Shown: piece by piece, positions 7,978-17,392 of the stretch
How the letters are laid out: each line of letters opens with the position of its first letter
Numbering within the stretch: position 1 is the stretch's first letter
Source: Actinobacteria bacterium HGW-Actinobacteria-1
Lineage (GTDB): Bacteria; Actinomycetota; Coriobacteriia; Anaerosomatales; Anaerosomataceae
Length of the DNA: 32,000 nucleotides
Assembly: GCA_002841355.1 (NCBI GenBank)
Contig: PHFB01000002.1
Coordinates: 275,414-307,413 of the forward strand
Reading direction: 5' to 3'
Made by a program: the position numbers and the translations under genes
Notes under the pieces: generated by a model
What the model was told of the DNA's origin: nothing
Databases searched by the model: none
The model's input: only the letters and a program-made list of their open reading frames with translations

Positions 7978-8751
7978 GTGTATCCTGTGCGTATGGATGA
8001 GACAATTTCCAAGACCACCATCGCCATTGCGGAGATATCGGGGGCCGATAGTATCGCGGCGGCGCTGCGCTTCTGTGAGCTCAATCCCGAAGTCCACACC
8101 ATCCTCCCGTCGTACGTGCACACCGGCACGGAGTTCGGCGACTTCGGCGGCATCAAGGGCAACCTCGCGTTTCTCGGTGAAGAACTGCAGACGCGATTCG
8201 GGGTAGAACTGCTGCCGCTCAAGGAGTCCGGCAAACCGCGTCTGTGGGCCGCGCTCAACGGGAGGTTCGGGTCCGTCCTGGCCGAGCGGTACGGCACCTG
8301 GGTGCCGTGCGTCGGGTGCCACCTCTACCTGCATCTCATGCGCGTGCATCTCGCTCGGACGACCCGTGCCGCCGCCGTGATCTCGGGCGAGCGTGAGTGG
8401 CACGGCGATCGTCAGAAGCCCAACCAAGTCGCACTCGCGCTCGATGCGTACGCGGCGGTTCTGGCAAGCGTCGGGGTGGAGCTGGTGTACCCAGTTAGAG
8501 ACGCAGCCGACGGCACGCAGATCGACGAGATCCTCGGCGAGCGGTGGCCCGGTGGGTCACCGCAGCTGGAGTGCGTGCTCTCCGGCAACTACCGCGGGCT
8601 TGGCGGAGGGGAAGCTGCGCCCACGCTTCCCTCGGCATTCTTCGATGAGTTCCTGATTCCGGCGGGGACGATGCTCGCCGATGCGGTCGCGAACGGCCGC
8701 GCCAACTACGACGACATCGTCGCCAGCGCCCTTCGCGGAGCCACGGCGTGA
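7978..8751 (+). CDS. Hypothetical protein with a degenerate PP-loop-like motif (adenine nucleotide alpha-hydrolase-like)
   Basis: IAIAEISGADSIAAAL resembles the SGGxDS PP-loop, and a CVGCH motif lies downstream. GTG 7978 or ATG 7993 could be the start. The stop overlaps the next gene (GTGA at 8748-8751). The functional call is weak. Confidence 0.55.
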   Translation: MYPVRMDETISKTTIAIAEISGADSIAAALRFCELNPEVHTILPSYVHTGTEFGDFGGIKGNLAFLGEELQTRFGVELLPLKESGKPRLWAALNGRFGSVLAERYGTWVPCVGCHLYLHLMRVHLARTTRAAAVISGEREWHGDRQKPNQVALALDAYAAVLASVGVELVYPVRDAADGTQIDEILGERWPGGSPQLECVLSGNYRGLGGGEAAPTLPSAFFDEFLIPAGTMLADAVANGRANYDDIVASALRGATA

Positions 8752-10037
8752 GCAAGATCCTCCTCGTCATCCTCGACGGTCTCGGAGACCGACAGCATGC
8801 CGTACTCGGCGGGCGTACGCCGCTCGAAGCTGCCGACACGCCCAACCTCGACGCGCTTGCCTCGGCGGCGGTATGCGGCACGATGTACTCGATCGGGCCG
8901 GGTCGCGCACCAACATCGTTCCAGGCTCACTTCGCACTCTTCGGCTATCCCGCAGACGAGTATCCGGGTCGCGGTCTGCTGGAGGCCATCGGCGAGGGCA
9001 TGCCGCCCGCACCGGGCGAGGTCGTGCTGCGGGCCAGTCTGCTCTCTGCCGAGACGCGTGAAGGCGCCTTCACCGTGACGCACCGGCCCGATCCCCGGCA
9101 TGGCGAGTCCGGCCTAGCCGATATCGATCTGGACGCCGATTTCGGCGACGTGCGTGTGCGTTTCGTTCACACCGATGCGCGTCAGGGGCTTGTGTATGTG
9201 TCCTCGGCGCTGCCGCTCAGCCATCACGTGACCGATGCGGATCCCTTCCGAGAAGGCCTCCCGGTCCTTGCCGTGCAGGCCACCGAGGAGGCGCCCGACC
9301 AGGACGCTGCCGCTCGTACGGCGGACGCGCTCAATGCCTGGATGCTTGCCGCGCACGATCGTCTGGAGGCTGCCGGCCTTGTCGGCGAGTTCATGGTGAC
9401 GAAGTGGGCGGGTTCGTCGTACGTCGCACAGCCATTCCCCGAGCGCTACGGCATGAACGGCGCCGTTGTCGCCTCAGGTCCGCTCTACGCGGGGCTCGCG
9501 AGCGTCGTCGGCATGCAGCACGTCGAGACCGGCTGCGACCTACGTGACCCGCGCGCCGACCTCGAGACGCGGCTGAAGAGCGCCCTGGAGTTGCTCGGCG
9601 GCGACGTCGACTTCGTGCACGCGCACTCCAAGGCGCCCGATCACGCGGCGCACAAGAAGGATCCGGCGCGCAAGCGTGACGTGATCGAGCAGCTCGATGC
9701 GGCGCTCGGTGTGCTCGTGCGCGAGCGCCTGTGGGAGCGAGACATCATCGTGGTCGTCACCGCGGATCACGCGACGCCCTCGGCTGGGCCGCTCTACCAC
9801 TCCGGCGAGGCGGTGCCGCTGCTCATGCTCGGAGGAGCGGCCGGGAGCGACGACGTCACCACCTTCGGTGAGCGTACGTGCGCGAGGGGACAGCTTGGCA
9901 CCATCCGCGGCTCGGACCTCATGCCGCTGCTTCTCAACGCCGCCGACCGGTGCGTCTCCACCGGTGAGCGCTTCACGCGTGCGCGTCAGTGGGCGCAGCC
10001 GCGTCCCGAAGCGCTCGTGCCACTGCGCCCTCGCTAG
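8748..10037 (+). CDS. Cofactor-independent phosphoglycerate mutase (archaeal ApgM-type) family metalloenzyme
   Basis: The N-terminus MSKILLVILDGLGDR...TPLEAADTPNLDALA is family-typical. Later motifs are VHAHSKAPDHAAHKKD, VVVTADHATP and HSGEAVPLLMLG. Confidence 0.85.
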   Translation: MSKILLVILDGLGDRQHAVLGGRTPLEAADTPNLDALASAAVCGTMYSIGPGRAPTSFQAHFALFGYPADEYPGRGLLEAIGEGMPPAPGEVVLRASLLSAETREGAFTVTHRPDPRHGESGLADIDLDADFGDVRVRFVHTDARQGLVYVSSALPLSHHVTDADPFREGLPVLAVQATEEAPDQDAAARTADALNAWMLAAHDRLEAAGLVGEFMVTKWAGSSYVAQPFPERYGMNGAVVASGPLYAGLASVVGMQHVETGCDLRDPRADLETRLKSALELLGGDVDFVHAHSKAPDHAAHKKDPARKRDVIEQLDAALGVLVRERLWERDIIVVVTADHATPSAGPLYHSGEAVPLLMLGGAAGSDDVTTFGERTCARGQLGTIRGSDLMPLLLNAADRCVSTGERFTRARQWAQPRPEALVPLRPR

Positions 10038-10081
10038 GCGCTCGGGTACACTAGGCGTAGAAGTACCCGAGAGGAGCCCCC

Positions 10082-10660
10082 ATGAAGAAGCGACTCGGTC
10101 CGAGCGACCGTTTGTACCCGATGCCGTGCCCGCTCGTGCTCGGCGGCACGATGGAGCACGCTGACGCGCTTGCGGTCGCGTGGATCGCCATCGGCGGGGC
10201 CACGCCGCCAACCGTCGTGATGGCGCTGCGCCAGTCGCGCCGCACGCTCGAGCTCATCCGCGAAACGGGTGAGTTCACCGTGAACATCCCCCGCGCAGCT
10301 GACGCGGCGGTCGTCGACTACTTCGGTATCGTGAGCGGCCACGACCACGACAAGTTCGCCGAGAGCGGATGGACGCTTGAGCCCGCCTCGGTGGTCTCGG
10401 CGCCGCTTGTGGCCGAGTGCCCGTACAACCTCGAGTGTCGCGTGCTCACCGAGGTCGACCAGGGCGGCTCACACGTGCTCGTCATCGGCGAGATCGTTGA
10501 GTCGCATGCCGAGGAAAACATCCTCGACCCGACGGGCGCCAAGGTCGACGTCGAGCTGCTCGACCCGCTCGTGTACATCGCCGGCAGCCGAGAGTACCGC
10601 CGCCTTGGCGAGAAGGTCGCCGACGCGTTCTCGATCGGCAAGACCGTGAAGCCGGAGTAG
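10082..10660 (+). CDS. Flavin reductase-like (FMN-binding split-barrel) protein
   Basis: YPMPCPLVLGG...PPTVVMALRQSRRTLELIRETGEFTVNIP...ECPYNLECRV is typical of the flavin reductase domain. GAGAGGAG precedes the ATG. Confidence 0.85.
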   Translation: MKKRLGPSDRLYPMPCPLVLGGTMEHADALAVAWIAIGGATPPTVVMALRQSRRTLELIRETGEFTVNIPRAADAAVVDYFGIVSGHDHDKFAESGWTLEPASVVSAPLVAECPYNLECRVLTEVDQGGSHVLVIGEIVESHAEENILDPTGAKVDVELLDPLVYIAGSREYRRLGEKVADAFSIGKTVKPE

Positions 10661-10661
10661 C

Positions 10662-12116
10662 GTGTACGAGACCGACTACATCCTCCGTCTCATCCAGCAG
10701 GTCGGCGCGATTCTTCGCCGCGCGCTTGCCGGTCGGGGTGAGACTCCCGAAGAGCAGCTGCAGAGCGCCGAGGAGGCCCTGCGGCTTGCGTCGAACTCGG
10801 ACCCGTCGTTGCTAGATGCGCTCACACCCGAGTCGGTGGTCGCGTTCCTCTCGGCGGGCGGCGAGCTCGACGCCCCTCGGGCGGTGCTGATCGCACGTGT
10901 CCTGGACGCTCGCGCGGACGCGTTCGACGCGATCGGGCAGCCTGGCAAGGCGGAGGCGCAGCGAGCGAAGTCCGATGCGCTGTTCGAGGCCGTGCGTCTC
11001 GCAAGCCCCGACGTCATCGACGAGACGCTAGCGCGACTCGACCGACTCGGATTGGAGCAGCTGGGACTTGATGATCGGGTGCGGGCCCTGGCTGCCGAGC
11101 ACGAGGCGCGCGGGCTGCGCCTGGCGCGGGTGATGCGCTCCGATCGCGGCTCGGTGCTGGCGAACTCCGATGACGGCGTCATCCGGATCGAGCCGTCACC
11201 GCGCCTCTATCGCGACTTGACGATCGACGAGCTTCCCGCCGTCGGCGACTGGGTGATGTACGACCCGGATTCGACCCACGAGAACTCGTTCATCGAAGCC
11301 GTGCTGCCGCGATCAAGTGCCTTCATGCGTGGCGACTCCGGCAAGCTCGGCACATCGCGCGTGCTTGCCGCCAACGTGAACACCATCTTCGTCGTCCACC
11401 CCATTGCCGAGGGACCCAACCTGCGGCGCATCGAACGCGAGCTTACGCTCGCATGGGAGAGCGGCGCCGTCCCGGTCGTAGTGCTCACCAAAGCCGATCT
11501 CTCCGAGGACGCGGAGGCAGCGCGCGCAGCGGTCGCCGAGGTAGCGCTCGGTGCCGACGTGCTCGTGACAAGCGCGATCGACGGGACCGGGACCGATGCG
11601 CTTGATGTCTATGTTGGTCCCGGGCGTACGGTTGCGCTCGTTGGCCCATCGGGAGCTGGCAAGTCCACGCTCATCAACCTGCTCACCGGCACCGATAGTC
11701 AGGCCACGGCCGAGGTGCGTGCCACCGACGGTAGGGGTCGCCACAAGACAGTCGCCCGCGAGATCGTGCCGCTGCCAGGCGGCGGCGTTCTCGTCGACAC
11801 TCCGGGTCTGCGTGCGGTCGCGCTCACGGAGGCCGAGGAGGGCGTCGCAACCGCGTTCGCGGATATCGAGGAGCTGGCATTGGATTGTCGCTTCAGCGAC
11901 TGCAGTCACTCAGGGGAGCCCGGGTGTGCGGTGGCTGCTGCGATCGAGGCGGGGAGTCTTCCAGCCGAACGCCTGGAGTCGTACCACAAGCTCCAGCGTG
12001 AAGTGCAGGTGGCCGTCGCGAAGGTCGACATCCGAGCACGCGCTGAGGAAGCGCGAAAGGACAAACAGCTCGCCAAGACCATCCGGCGGTTTCAGAAGGA
12101 GCGCGGCCGGGACTGA
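10662..12116 (+). CDS. rsgA: Ribosome small-subunit-dependent GTPase RsgA with an about 125-aa N-terminal helical extension
   Basis: RsgA features are PAVGDWV, AANVNTIFVV, VVVLTKADL, the P-loop GPSGAGKSTL, DTPG and the zinc motif CRFSDCSHSGEPGCAV. The ORF is open from GTG 10662 with no stop before the RsgA-homologous part (about 11040). Confidence 0.85.
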   Translation: MYETDYILRLIQQVGAILRRALAGRGETPEEQLQSAEEALRLASNSDPSLLDALTPESVVAFLSAGGELDAPRAVLIARVLDARADAFDAIGQPGKAEAQRAKSDALFEAVRLASPDVIDETLARLDRLGLEQLGLDDRVRALAAEHEARGLRLARVMRSDRGSVLANSDDGVIRIEPSPRLYRDLTIDELPAVGDWVMYDPDSTHENSFIEAVLPRSSAFMRGDSGKLGTSRVLAANVNTIFVVHPIAEGPNLRRIERELTLAWESGAVPVVVLTKADLSEDAEAARAAVAEVALGADVLVTSAIDGTGTDALDVYVGPGRTVALVGPSGAGKSTLINLLTGTDSQATAEVRATDGRGRHKTVAREIVPLPGGGVLVDTPGLRAVALTEAEEGVATAFADIEELALDCRFSDCSHSGEPGCAVAAAIEAGSLPAERLESYHKLQREVQVAVAKVDIRARAEEARKDKQLAKTIRRFQKERGRD

Positions 12117-12200
12117 CGTCGGGGTGGCCGTTTCGATGGCCACGCAACGGGTATGAGCGATGGAATGTGTCACGCGACACCTGGGGAGGGTGGTCGAGCG

Positions 12201-12935
12201 ATGCCGTCACCTGCCGAGCGCGATGATGTCGTGATCCTTGAGCGCGCGAGCAAGATCTACCGCATGGGCGAGGTCGACATTCCTGCATTGCGCAACGTCG
12301 ATCTGCGCATCCCGCGTGGTGAGTTCGTAGCGGTCGTCGGTCCGAGCGGCTCGGGAAAGACCACGCTCCTCAACCTTCTGGGCGGACTCGACACGCCAAC
12401 GCACGGCACGATCGTGGTCGACGGCGTAGACCTCACCGGCTTCTCGGAGCGGCAGCTCACGCTCTTTCGCCGGGAGAAGATCGGCTTCGTCTTCCAGTTC
12501 TTCAACCTCATCCCGACCCTCACTGCCGAGGAGAACGTGCAGTTCGCCATCGAACTCGCGTCGCGCGACGGCGTGCCGCCTGATACGAACCCTGCGCACC
12601 TGCTCGCGAAGGTCGGCCTCGGCGAACGGCTCCACCACTTCCCATCGCAGCTCTCGGGAGGCGAGCAGCAGCGCGTGGCGGTGGCCCGGGCGCTCGCAAA
12701 AGACCCCGTTCTCGTGCTCGGCGACGAGCCCACAGGCAACCTGGATTTCCGGACCGGCAAGCTTGTGCTCGGCGCGATGAAGGAGATGAATCGCGAGGGC
12801 AAGACAGTCATTCTCGTCACGCACAACACGCCGCTTGCGCGCGTTGCCGACCGCATCCTTCATATCCGCGACGGGCAGATCGTGGAGCAGGAGATCGTGG
12901 AGAACCCGATCGAACCCGACGACATCGTGTGGTGA
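12201..12935 (+). CDS. ABC transporter ATP-binding protein (MacB/LolD/FtsE-like)
   Basis: Walker A GPSGSGKTT, signature LSGGEQQR, Walker B VLVLGDEPTGNLD and H-loop VTHN are present. The start is taken at ATG 12201 after GGGGAGGG; ORF-track 12153 is also possible. Confidence 0.9.
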   Translation: MPSPAERDDVVILERASKIYRMGEVDIPALRNVDLRIPRGEFVAVVGPSGSGKTTLLNLLGGLDTPTHGTIVVDGVDLTGFSERQLTLFRREKIGFVFQFFNLIPTLTAEENVQFAIELASRDGVPPDTNPAHLLAKVGLGERLHHFPSQLSGGEQQRVAVARALAKDPVLVLGDEPTGNLDFRTGKLVLGAMKEMNREGKTVILVTHNTPLARVADRILHIRDGQIVEQEIVENPIEPDDIVW

Positions 12936-12940
12936 GTCCG

Positions 12941-15322
12941 ATGCGCGTGCCGATGCTCGTTCTCAAGACGTGGCGCGACATCCTTGCCCGCAAGGGACAG
13001 TTCGCCGCGCTCATCGTGCTCGTGGCGCTCGGCATCACGAGCTACGTCGGGTTCGTGGACGCATACCGCAACCTGAGCGCCTCGGCCGACAACGCGTACG
13101 AAGCGCTCAAGATGGCGGACTTCACGGTGAGCGTGAGCGGCGCGCCCACCAACGTCATCAGCAAGGTCGAGGCGGTCCCCGGGGTGAAGGCCGCCGAGGC
13201 GCGCCTCGTCGTCGACACCGGCATGGATATCACCGAGGACAATCAGGGCACGGTGCGCGTGATCGGCGTGCCGGTGGAGCACCGGCCTGCGGTGAACGAT
13301 CTTCTTGTGGAACAAGGGCGCTACCTGTCGAGCGAGGACGGCGTTGCGGGACTCCTTCACACACGTTTCGCGCGGGCGACCGGCCGGATGACCGGCAGCA
13401 AGCTCCGGCTCCGGGTGAGCGGGAGCGCGATCGACGTCCCGATCAAGGGCGTGGTGGCAAGCGGCGAGTACATCTTCCCCGTGCGCAGCAAGGGTGAGAT
13501 TCCTGCTATCGAGGAGTTCACGATCCTCTACATGCCAGCGCACGAGGTGGAGCGTATCTTCCGCAGGCAATCGCAGGTCAACGACATCGCGGTCATCGTC
13601 GAACCAGGCGTCGACGCGGAGCACGTCGCCGCCCGCGTGAAGGACGTGCTTGAGCCGTACACGGTACTGCAGACAGTGCAGCGAGCGGATCAACCCAGCT
13701 ACTCGGCGCTTGGCGAGGAGATCAAGCAGAACCAGTCCATCGCAGCAGTCATGCCGCTGCTCATCCTCGTCATCTCGGTGCTCTCGCTCTACATCGCGCT
13801 CTCGCGGCTTGTGCAGTCGCAGCGTGGCGAGATCGGACTTGCGAAGGCGCTCGGCTACAGCAACGGAGCCATCCTGGGCCACTACCTGCTCTTCTCGGTG
13901 ATCATCGCCGCCGGTGGTGCGATTCTCGGCTTCCTTGGCGGATGGTGGCTGGGGAACTACACGACGCAGATGTACATCGACCTGCTTCACATCCCGTACC
14001 TGGAGAAGAACATCTACCCCGACGTGATCGGAGCGGCGCTCCTCATGAGCGGTTTCGTGTGTGTGAGCGCGGGCATCGTGCCTGCGTTCGCGTCGGCGCG
14101 CATCGCGCCTGCGAAGGCCATGCACTCGGATCCGAACCTCGCGGTCAAAGGCGGGCGGCTACCGCTGGTGGAGCGGATGTTCGGGTGGGCGATGCCGAAG
14201 TCGTTCGTGTTCCGTATGCCGCTGCGCAACGTCTTCCGTCAGCGACGGCGCAGCTTCTACACCGTCATCGGAATCGCGTTCGCGGTGCTCCTCACGTTCG
14301 CGACCATGGCGATGTTCGACTCGGTCAACTGGCTCCTCAACGACTACTTCGAGGTGAGCGAGCGGTGGGACATCTCGGCGGTGTTCGAACGGCCGGTGAC
14401 TGACGCGCAGGTTCGTGAGGTCTCTCGGTGGGAGGGCGTGAAGTCGTTGCAGCCCGCGCTCGCGGTGCCTGTGAAGCTTGAGAGCGGGTCGGTCACGCAC
14501 GAGGGCGCGATCACGGCCATGGCGTCGGACGCGACGTTCCACGGGTTCAAGATCCTTGCCGGTGATGATGCTGCCACCGCGCTCGCGCACGACGGCCTTA
14601 TGATGCCGGAGATCCTCGCCGAGAAGCTTGGTGTCTCGGTGGGCGACCGTATCACGGTTGACACGCCGTACCGCGAAGAAGACGTGACGTTGGTGGTACG
14701 CAGCATCACCAATGAAGCGCTCGGCACACCGATGTACACGAGCCTGGACTCGGGCCGCGAACTCATCGGTAGCAGCAGCCGGCAGTACAACGCGCTCTAC
14801 ATCACCACGTCCGCCCGGTACGAGCAGCGTCTCAAGGATGACCTCTACGACTTGCCGGGTGCCTCGCAGGTGATGGTCAGGAGCCAGGTCGTCGCCATGT
14901 TCACCGACATGATGTCGTTCACATACTTCTTCTTCGGCCTGCTGCTGGCGTTCGGGTTCCTGATGGGGTTCGTGGTCATCTACACGACGTTCACAGCGAA
15001 CGTCCTGGAGCGCACGCGCGAGATCGCGACCATGCGCACGATCGGAGAGGATACCGGTCACCTCGCGGTCATGGTGACGATCGAGAACCTGCTCCTTGCG
15101 CTCGCGGGTATACCGCTGGGGCTCTGGCTAGGCGTCCAGGTGGCGCGGGCGATGATGGACTCGCTCACGGGCGAGACGTACAACTTCCCGCTCACAATCT
15201 ACCCGCAGACGTGGTGGTACGTCGTGATAGCGTCGGTCGCGGTGCTGTTGTTCTCGGAGATCGCGCCGATCCGTCGCATCCTGCGCCTAGATCTTGCCGA
15301 GGCGACGAAGGTCATCGAGTAG
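12941..15322 (+). CDS. ABC transporter permease with two FtsX-type domains (about 790 aa)
   Basis: The N-terminus MRVPMLVLKTWRDILARKGQF is family-typical. Two 4-TM FtsX-like blocks are separated by large extracytoplasmic regions. The gene lies directly downstream of the ATPase. Confidence 0.9.
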   Translation: MRVPMLVLKTWRDILARKGQFAALIVLVALGITSYVGFVDAYRNLSASADNAYEALKMADFTVSVSGAPTNVISKVEAVPGVKAAEARLVVDTGMDITEDNQGTVRVIGVPVEHRPAVNDLLVEQGRYLSSEDGVAGLLHTRFARATGRMTGSKLRLRVSGSAIDVPIKGVVASGEYIFPVRSKGEIPAIEEFTILYMPAHEVERIFRRQSQVNDIAVIVEPGVDAEHVAARVKDVLEPYTVLQTVQRADQPSYSALGEEIKQNQSIAAVMPLLILVISVLSLYIALSRLVQSQRGEIGLAKALGYSNGAILGHYLLFSVIIAAGGAILGFLGGWWLGNYTTQMYIDLLHIPYLEKNIYPDVIGAALLMSGFVCVSAGIVPAFASARIAPAKAMHSDPNLAVKGGRLPLVERMFGWAMPKSFVFRMPLRNVFRQRRRSFYTVIGIAFAVLLTFATMAMFDSVNWLLNDYFEVSERWDISAVFERPVTDAQVREVSRWEGVKSLQPALAVPVKLESGSVTHEGAITAMASDATFHGFKILAGDDAATALAHDGLMMPEILAEKLGVSVGDRITVDTPYREEDVTLVVRSITNEALGTPMYTSLDSGRELIGSSSRQYNALYITTSARYEQRLKDDLYDLPGASQVMVRSQVVAMFTDMMSFTYFFFGLLLAFGFLMGFVVIYTTFTANVLERTREIATMRTIGEDTGHLAVMVTIENLLLALAGIPLGLWLGVQVARAMMDSLTGETYNFPLTIYPQTWWYVVIASVAVLLFSEIAPIRRILRLDLAEATKVIE

Positions 15323-15342
15323 GCGGGTTCGTTGCGAGGCGA

Positions 15343-15537
15343 CTAGCGTCGCGGCCTGCCGAACCCTGTCTCGTACGCCGTTCCAGCGACGATGCCAAGC
15401 GCCGATCCGAGAAGCAAACCCAGCAGCATGCTGCCGATGAGCTCCCCGAAAACGACGCCAAGACCTGCGCCGACGACGACGGCGATGCCGACATTCATCG
15501 CGGCGGTGCTGTGCTTTGTGTTCGTGGTCTTCTCCAC
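15343..15537 (-). CDS. Small glycine-zipper membrane protein (51-64 aa), hypothetical
   Basis: NVGIAVVVGAGLGVVFGELIGSMLLGLLLGSALGIVAG is a Gly-zipper-type sequence. AGAGGGGA lies upstream of GTG 15537, and an internal ATG start is also possible. Confidence 0.45.
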   Translation of the reverse strand: MEKTTNTKHSTAAMNVGIAVVVGAGLGVVFGELIGSMLLGLLLGSALGIVAGTAYETGFGRPRR

Positions 15538-15606
15538 GGCCGGTTCCCCTCTGGCCCTCGTGGATCGATATGCGGTCCTCAGCCGCGACTATTCAGTTCG
15601 ACTTAA

Positions 15607-15635
15607 GAAGGCTCACTCCTGCTTAATGAGCCTTC
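15607..15635 (-). terminator. Terminator-like hairpin after the MBL hydrolase gene
   Basis: GAAGGCTCA-(11 nt)-TGAGCCTTC forms a 9-bp stem starting about 25 nt downstream of the stop at 15660. On the transcribed strand it is followed by TTAAGT, with no long U tract. Confidence 0.5.
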
Positions 15636-15659
15636 GACTTCGGTGAACGGTGGTCCTCT

Positions 15660-16517
15660 CTAGAGTGTGCGCCACCAGCCAGCATGCTCGCGCACAAAGA
15701 ACTCGATCAGTCCCTGATCGAGCAGCTCGCCGAGGAATCCTTTGACGGTCGTCACCGCGAGCCAGTAGCTGGCCGGGTTCTCGGAGAGGCCGCGCGCCTC
15801 CGACACGAGCGCTACCGCCTGTTCCGTTGTCTTCTCGATGCTGAGCCTCTCGAGCAGAAGCTCCTCGATCAGTGCGAGTTGCGTCAGGTGGTAGTCGACG
15901 TGCGCTCCGACCTCGGCACGTTCGATCGGGCGGCCGTGTGCCGGGACTACCCACGAACACTCGACGCTGCGGATCGTCTCGAGCGACGTTGCGACCATGC
16001 CGGGGTCGATAGCGTACGGTAGCGGATGACGTTCCCAGAGTTCAGTAAGGTACAGCGCGTCACCCGTGAACAGCACGCCGTCGAGCGTAAGGAAGCCCGT
16101 GTGGCCCATGGTGTGGCCGGGGAGCGGAATCGTCGTGGCGCGTGAGTCGCCCCAGTCCTCCAGGTACTCGTCGACCTCGCAGGGCACGCCCCGGAAGAGT
16201 TTGGTCGTGAGCGCGTCACCTGGCTTCGCCCACGAGAACATGCCGCGGATGTTGATGTCCGGGTTCTCCACGAGCGATGCGTCATCCCGTGCGGCCGCCA
16301 CGCGGGAGCCGTTCGCACGAAGGACATGCGCAACGGCGAAGTGGTCGGCATGTCCGTGTGTGATGCCGAGCAGATCGATATCGGCCACCGCGTACGGTGC
16401 GTCGTCCTCGCATGTGTCGATGGCGAGTCCGCGCACGAACCCGGCATTGGTCAGTCCGGGAACCACGTAGGTATCGCCGACAAGGTGCCGCGCGTTGTAC
16501 GGGATGTTCGAGTCCAT
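15660..16517 (-). CDS. MBL-fold metallo-hydrolase
   Basis: The ITHGHADH metal-binding motif, PLPGHTMGH and TGDAL are present, followed by a helical C-terminal domain. It is the last gene of the abrB-like/arsM unit. Confidence 0.9.
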   Translation of the reverse strand: MDSNIPYNARHLVGDTYVVPGLTNAGFVRGLAIDTCEDDAPYAVADIDLLGITHGHADHFAVAHVLRANGSRVAAARDDASLVENPDINIRGMFSWAKPGDALTTKLFRGVPCEVDEYLEDWGDSRATTIPLPGHTMGHTGFLTLDGVLFTGDALYLTELWERHPLPYAIDPGMVATSLETIRSVECSWVVPAHGRPIERAEVGAHVDYHLTQLALIEELLLERLSIEKTTEQAVALVSEARGLSENPASYWLAVTTVKGFLGELLDQGLIEFFVREHAGWWRTL

Positions 16518-16549
16518 GGTCCGAGTATGAGCCGCCGATGCCGTTCCGA

Positions 16550-17383
16550 CTAGGCGGGGCGCACGGCATGAACCGTCACGCTGCGGAAGAGCTGCGCGGC
16601 AGCGATCGCCTCGTCATGCGTCACGCCGGCGTCAGTGCCGAACGCGGCCAGAAGGTCCTCGGCTTCATCCTCGCAGGTGGCGTACGCGGACTCCGAGACG
16701 ACGCGCACGTCCTCGAATCCAGCATCGCGTGCGGCCGCAAGGTACTCGTCCAGCACCATCGCTCCACCAAGACACGCCACGTATGCGCCCACCGAGCTGC
16801 GTGCAGCATCCGGCAGAGGAGCGGTGGTGACGATATCGGAGACCGAGATGCGTCCGCCCGGCTTGAGGACCCGCAACGCCTCGGCGAAAGCCTTCGACTT
16901 GTCTGGAACCAGATTGATGACGCAGTTCGAGATGACGAGGTCGGCCGTGCAATCCTGCACCGGTAGCGCCTCGATCTCCCCGAGACGGAACTCGACGTTG
17001 TCCATGCCCGAGCTTCGTGCGTTTCGGCGGGCGAGGGCGATCATCTCGGGTGTCATGTCGACGCCGATAACGCGCCCTTCGGGTCCTACGCGCTTGGCAG
17101 CCACGAAGCAGTCGATGCCGCCGCCGCTACCGAGGTCGACGACCACCTCGCCGGGCTGCACTGATTCGAGCGCGAGTGGATTGCCACAGCCAAGTCCCAG
17201 GTCGGCGTCGGCGGGAATGGCTGAGAGGTCGTCAGCGTTGTAGTCGGCGAGGACCTCGGCAGAACTTGCTGAAGAGCCGCAGCACGACGTACCGCCGCCG
17301 CAGCACGACGTCTTCGTCTTGGCGTGGCCTGCATACCTGTCGCGCACAGCTTCCTTGATCGATGTCGCATCGTGGTCGCTCAT
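16550..17383 (-). CDS. arsM: Arsenite S-adenosylmethionine methyltransferase ArsM
   Basis: The N-terminus KEAVRDRYAGHA is followed by the vicinal Cys pairs TSCCGGGTSCCG. Other features are DLGLGCGNP, the SAM motif VVDLGSGGGID, ISNCVINL and YVACLGGA. Confidence 0.9.
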   Translation of the reverse strand: MSDHDATSIKEAVRDRYAGHAKTKTSCCGGGTSCCGSSASSAEVLADYNADDLSAIPADADLGLGCGNPLALESVQPGEVVVDLGSGGGIDCFVAAKRVGPEGRVIGVDMTPEMIALARRNARSSGMDNVEFRLGEIEALPVQDCTADLVISNCVINLVPDKSKAFAEALRVLKPGGRISVSDIVTTAPLPDAARSSVGAYVACLGGAMVLDEYLAAARDAGFEDVRVVSESAYATCEDEAEDLLAAFGTDAGVTHDEAIAAAQLFRSVTVHAVRPA

Positions 17384-17392
17384 GATGTCTCC

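Noticed and set aside
12860-15061. Two long minus-strand ORFs (12860-14125 and 14159-15061)
   Set aside because: Both are antisense to the FtsX-type permease gene. The translations are Arg/His/Asp-rich with no TM or domain signatures, so they are shadow ORFs.
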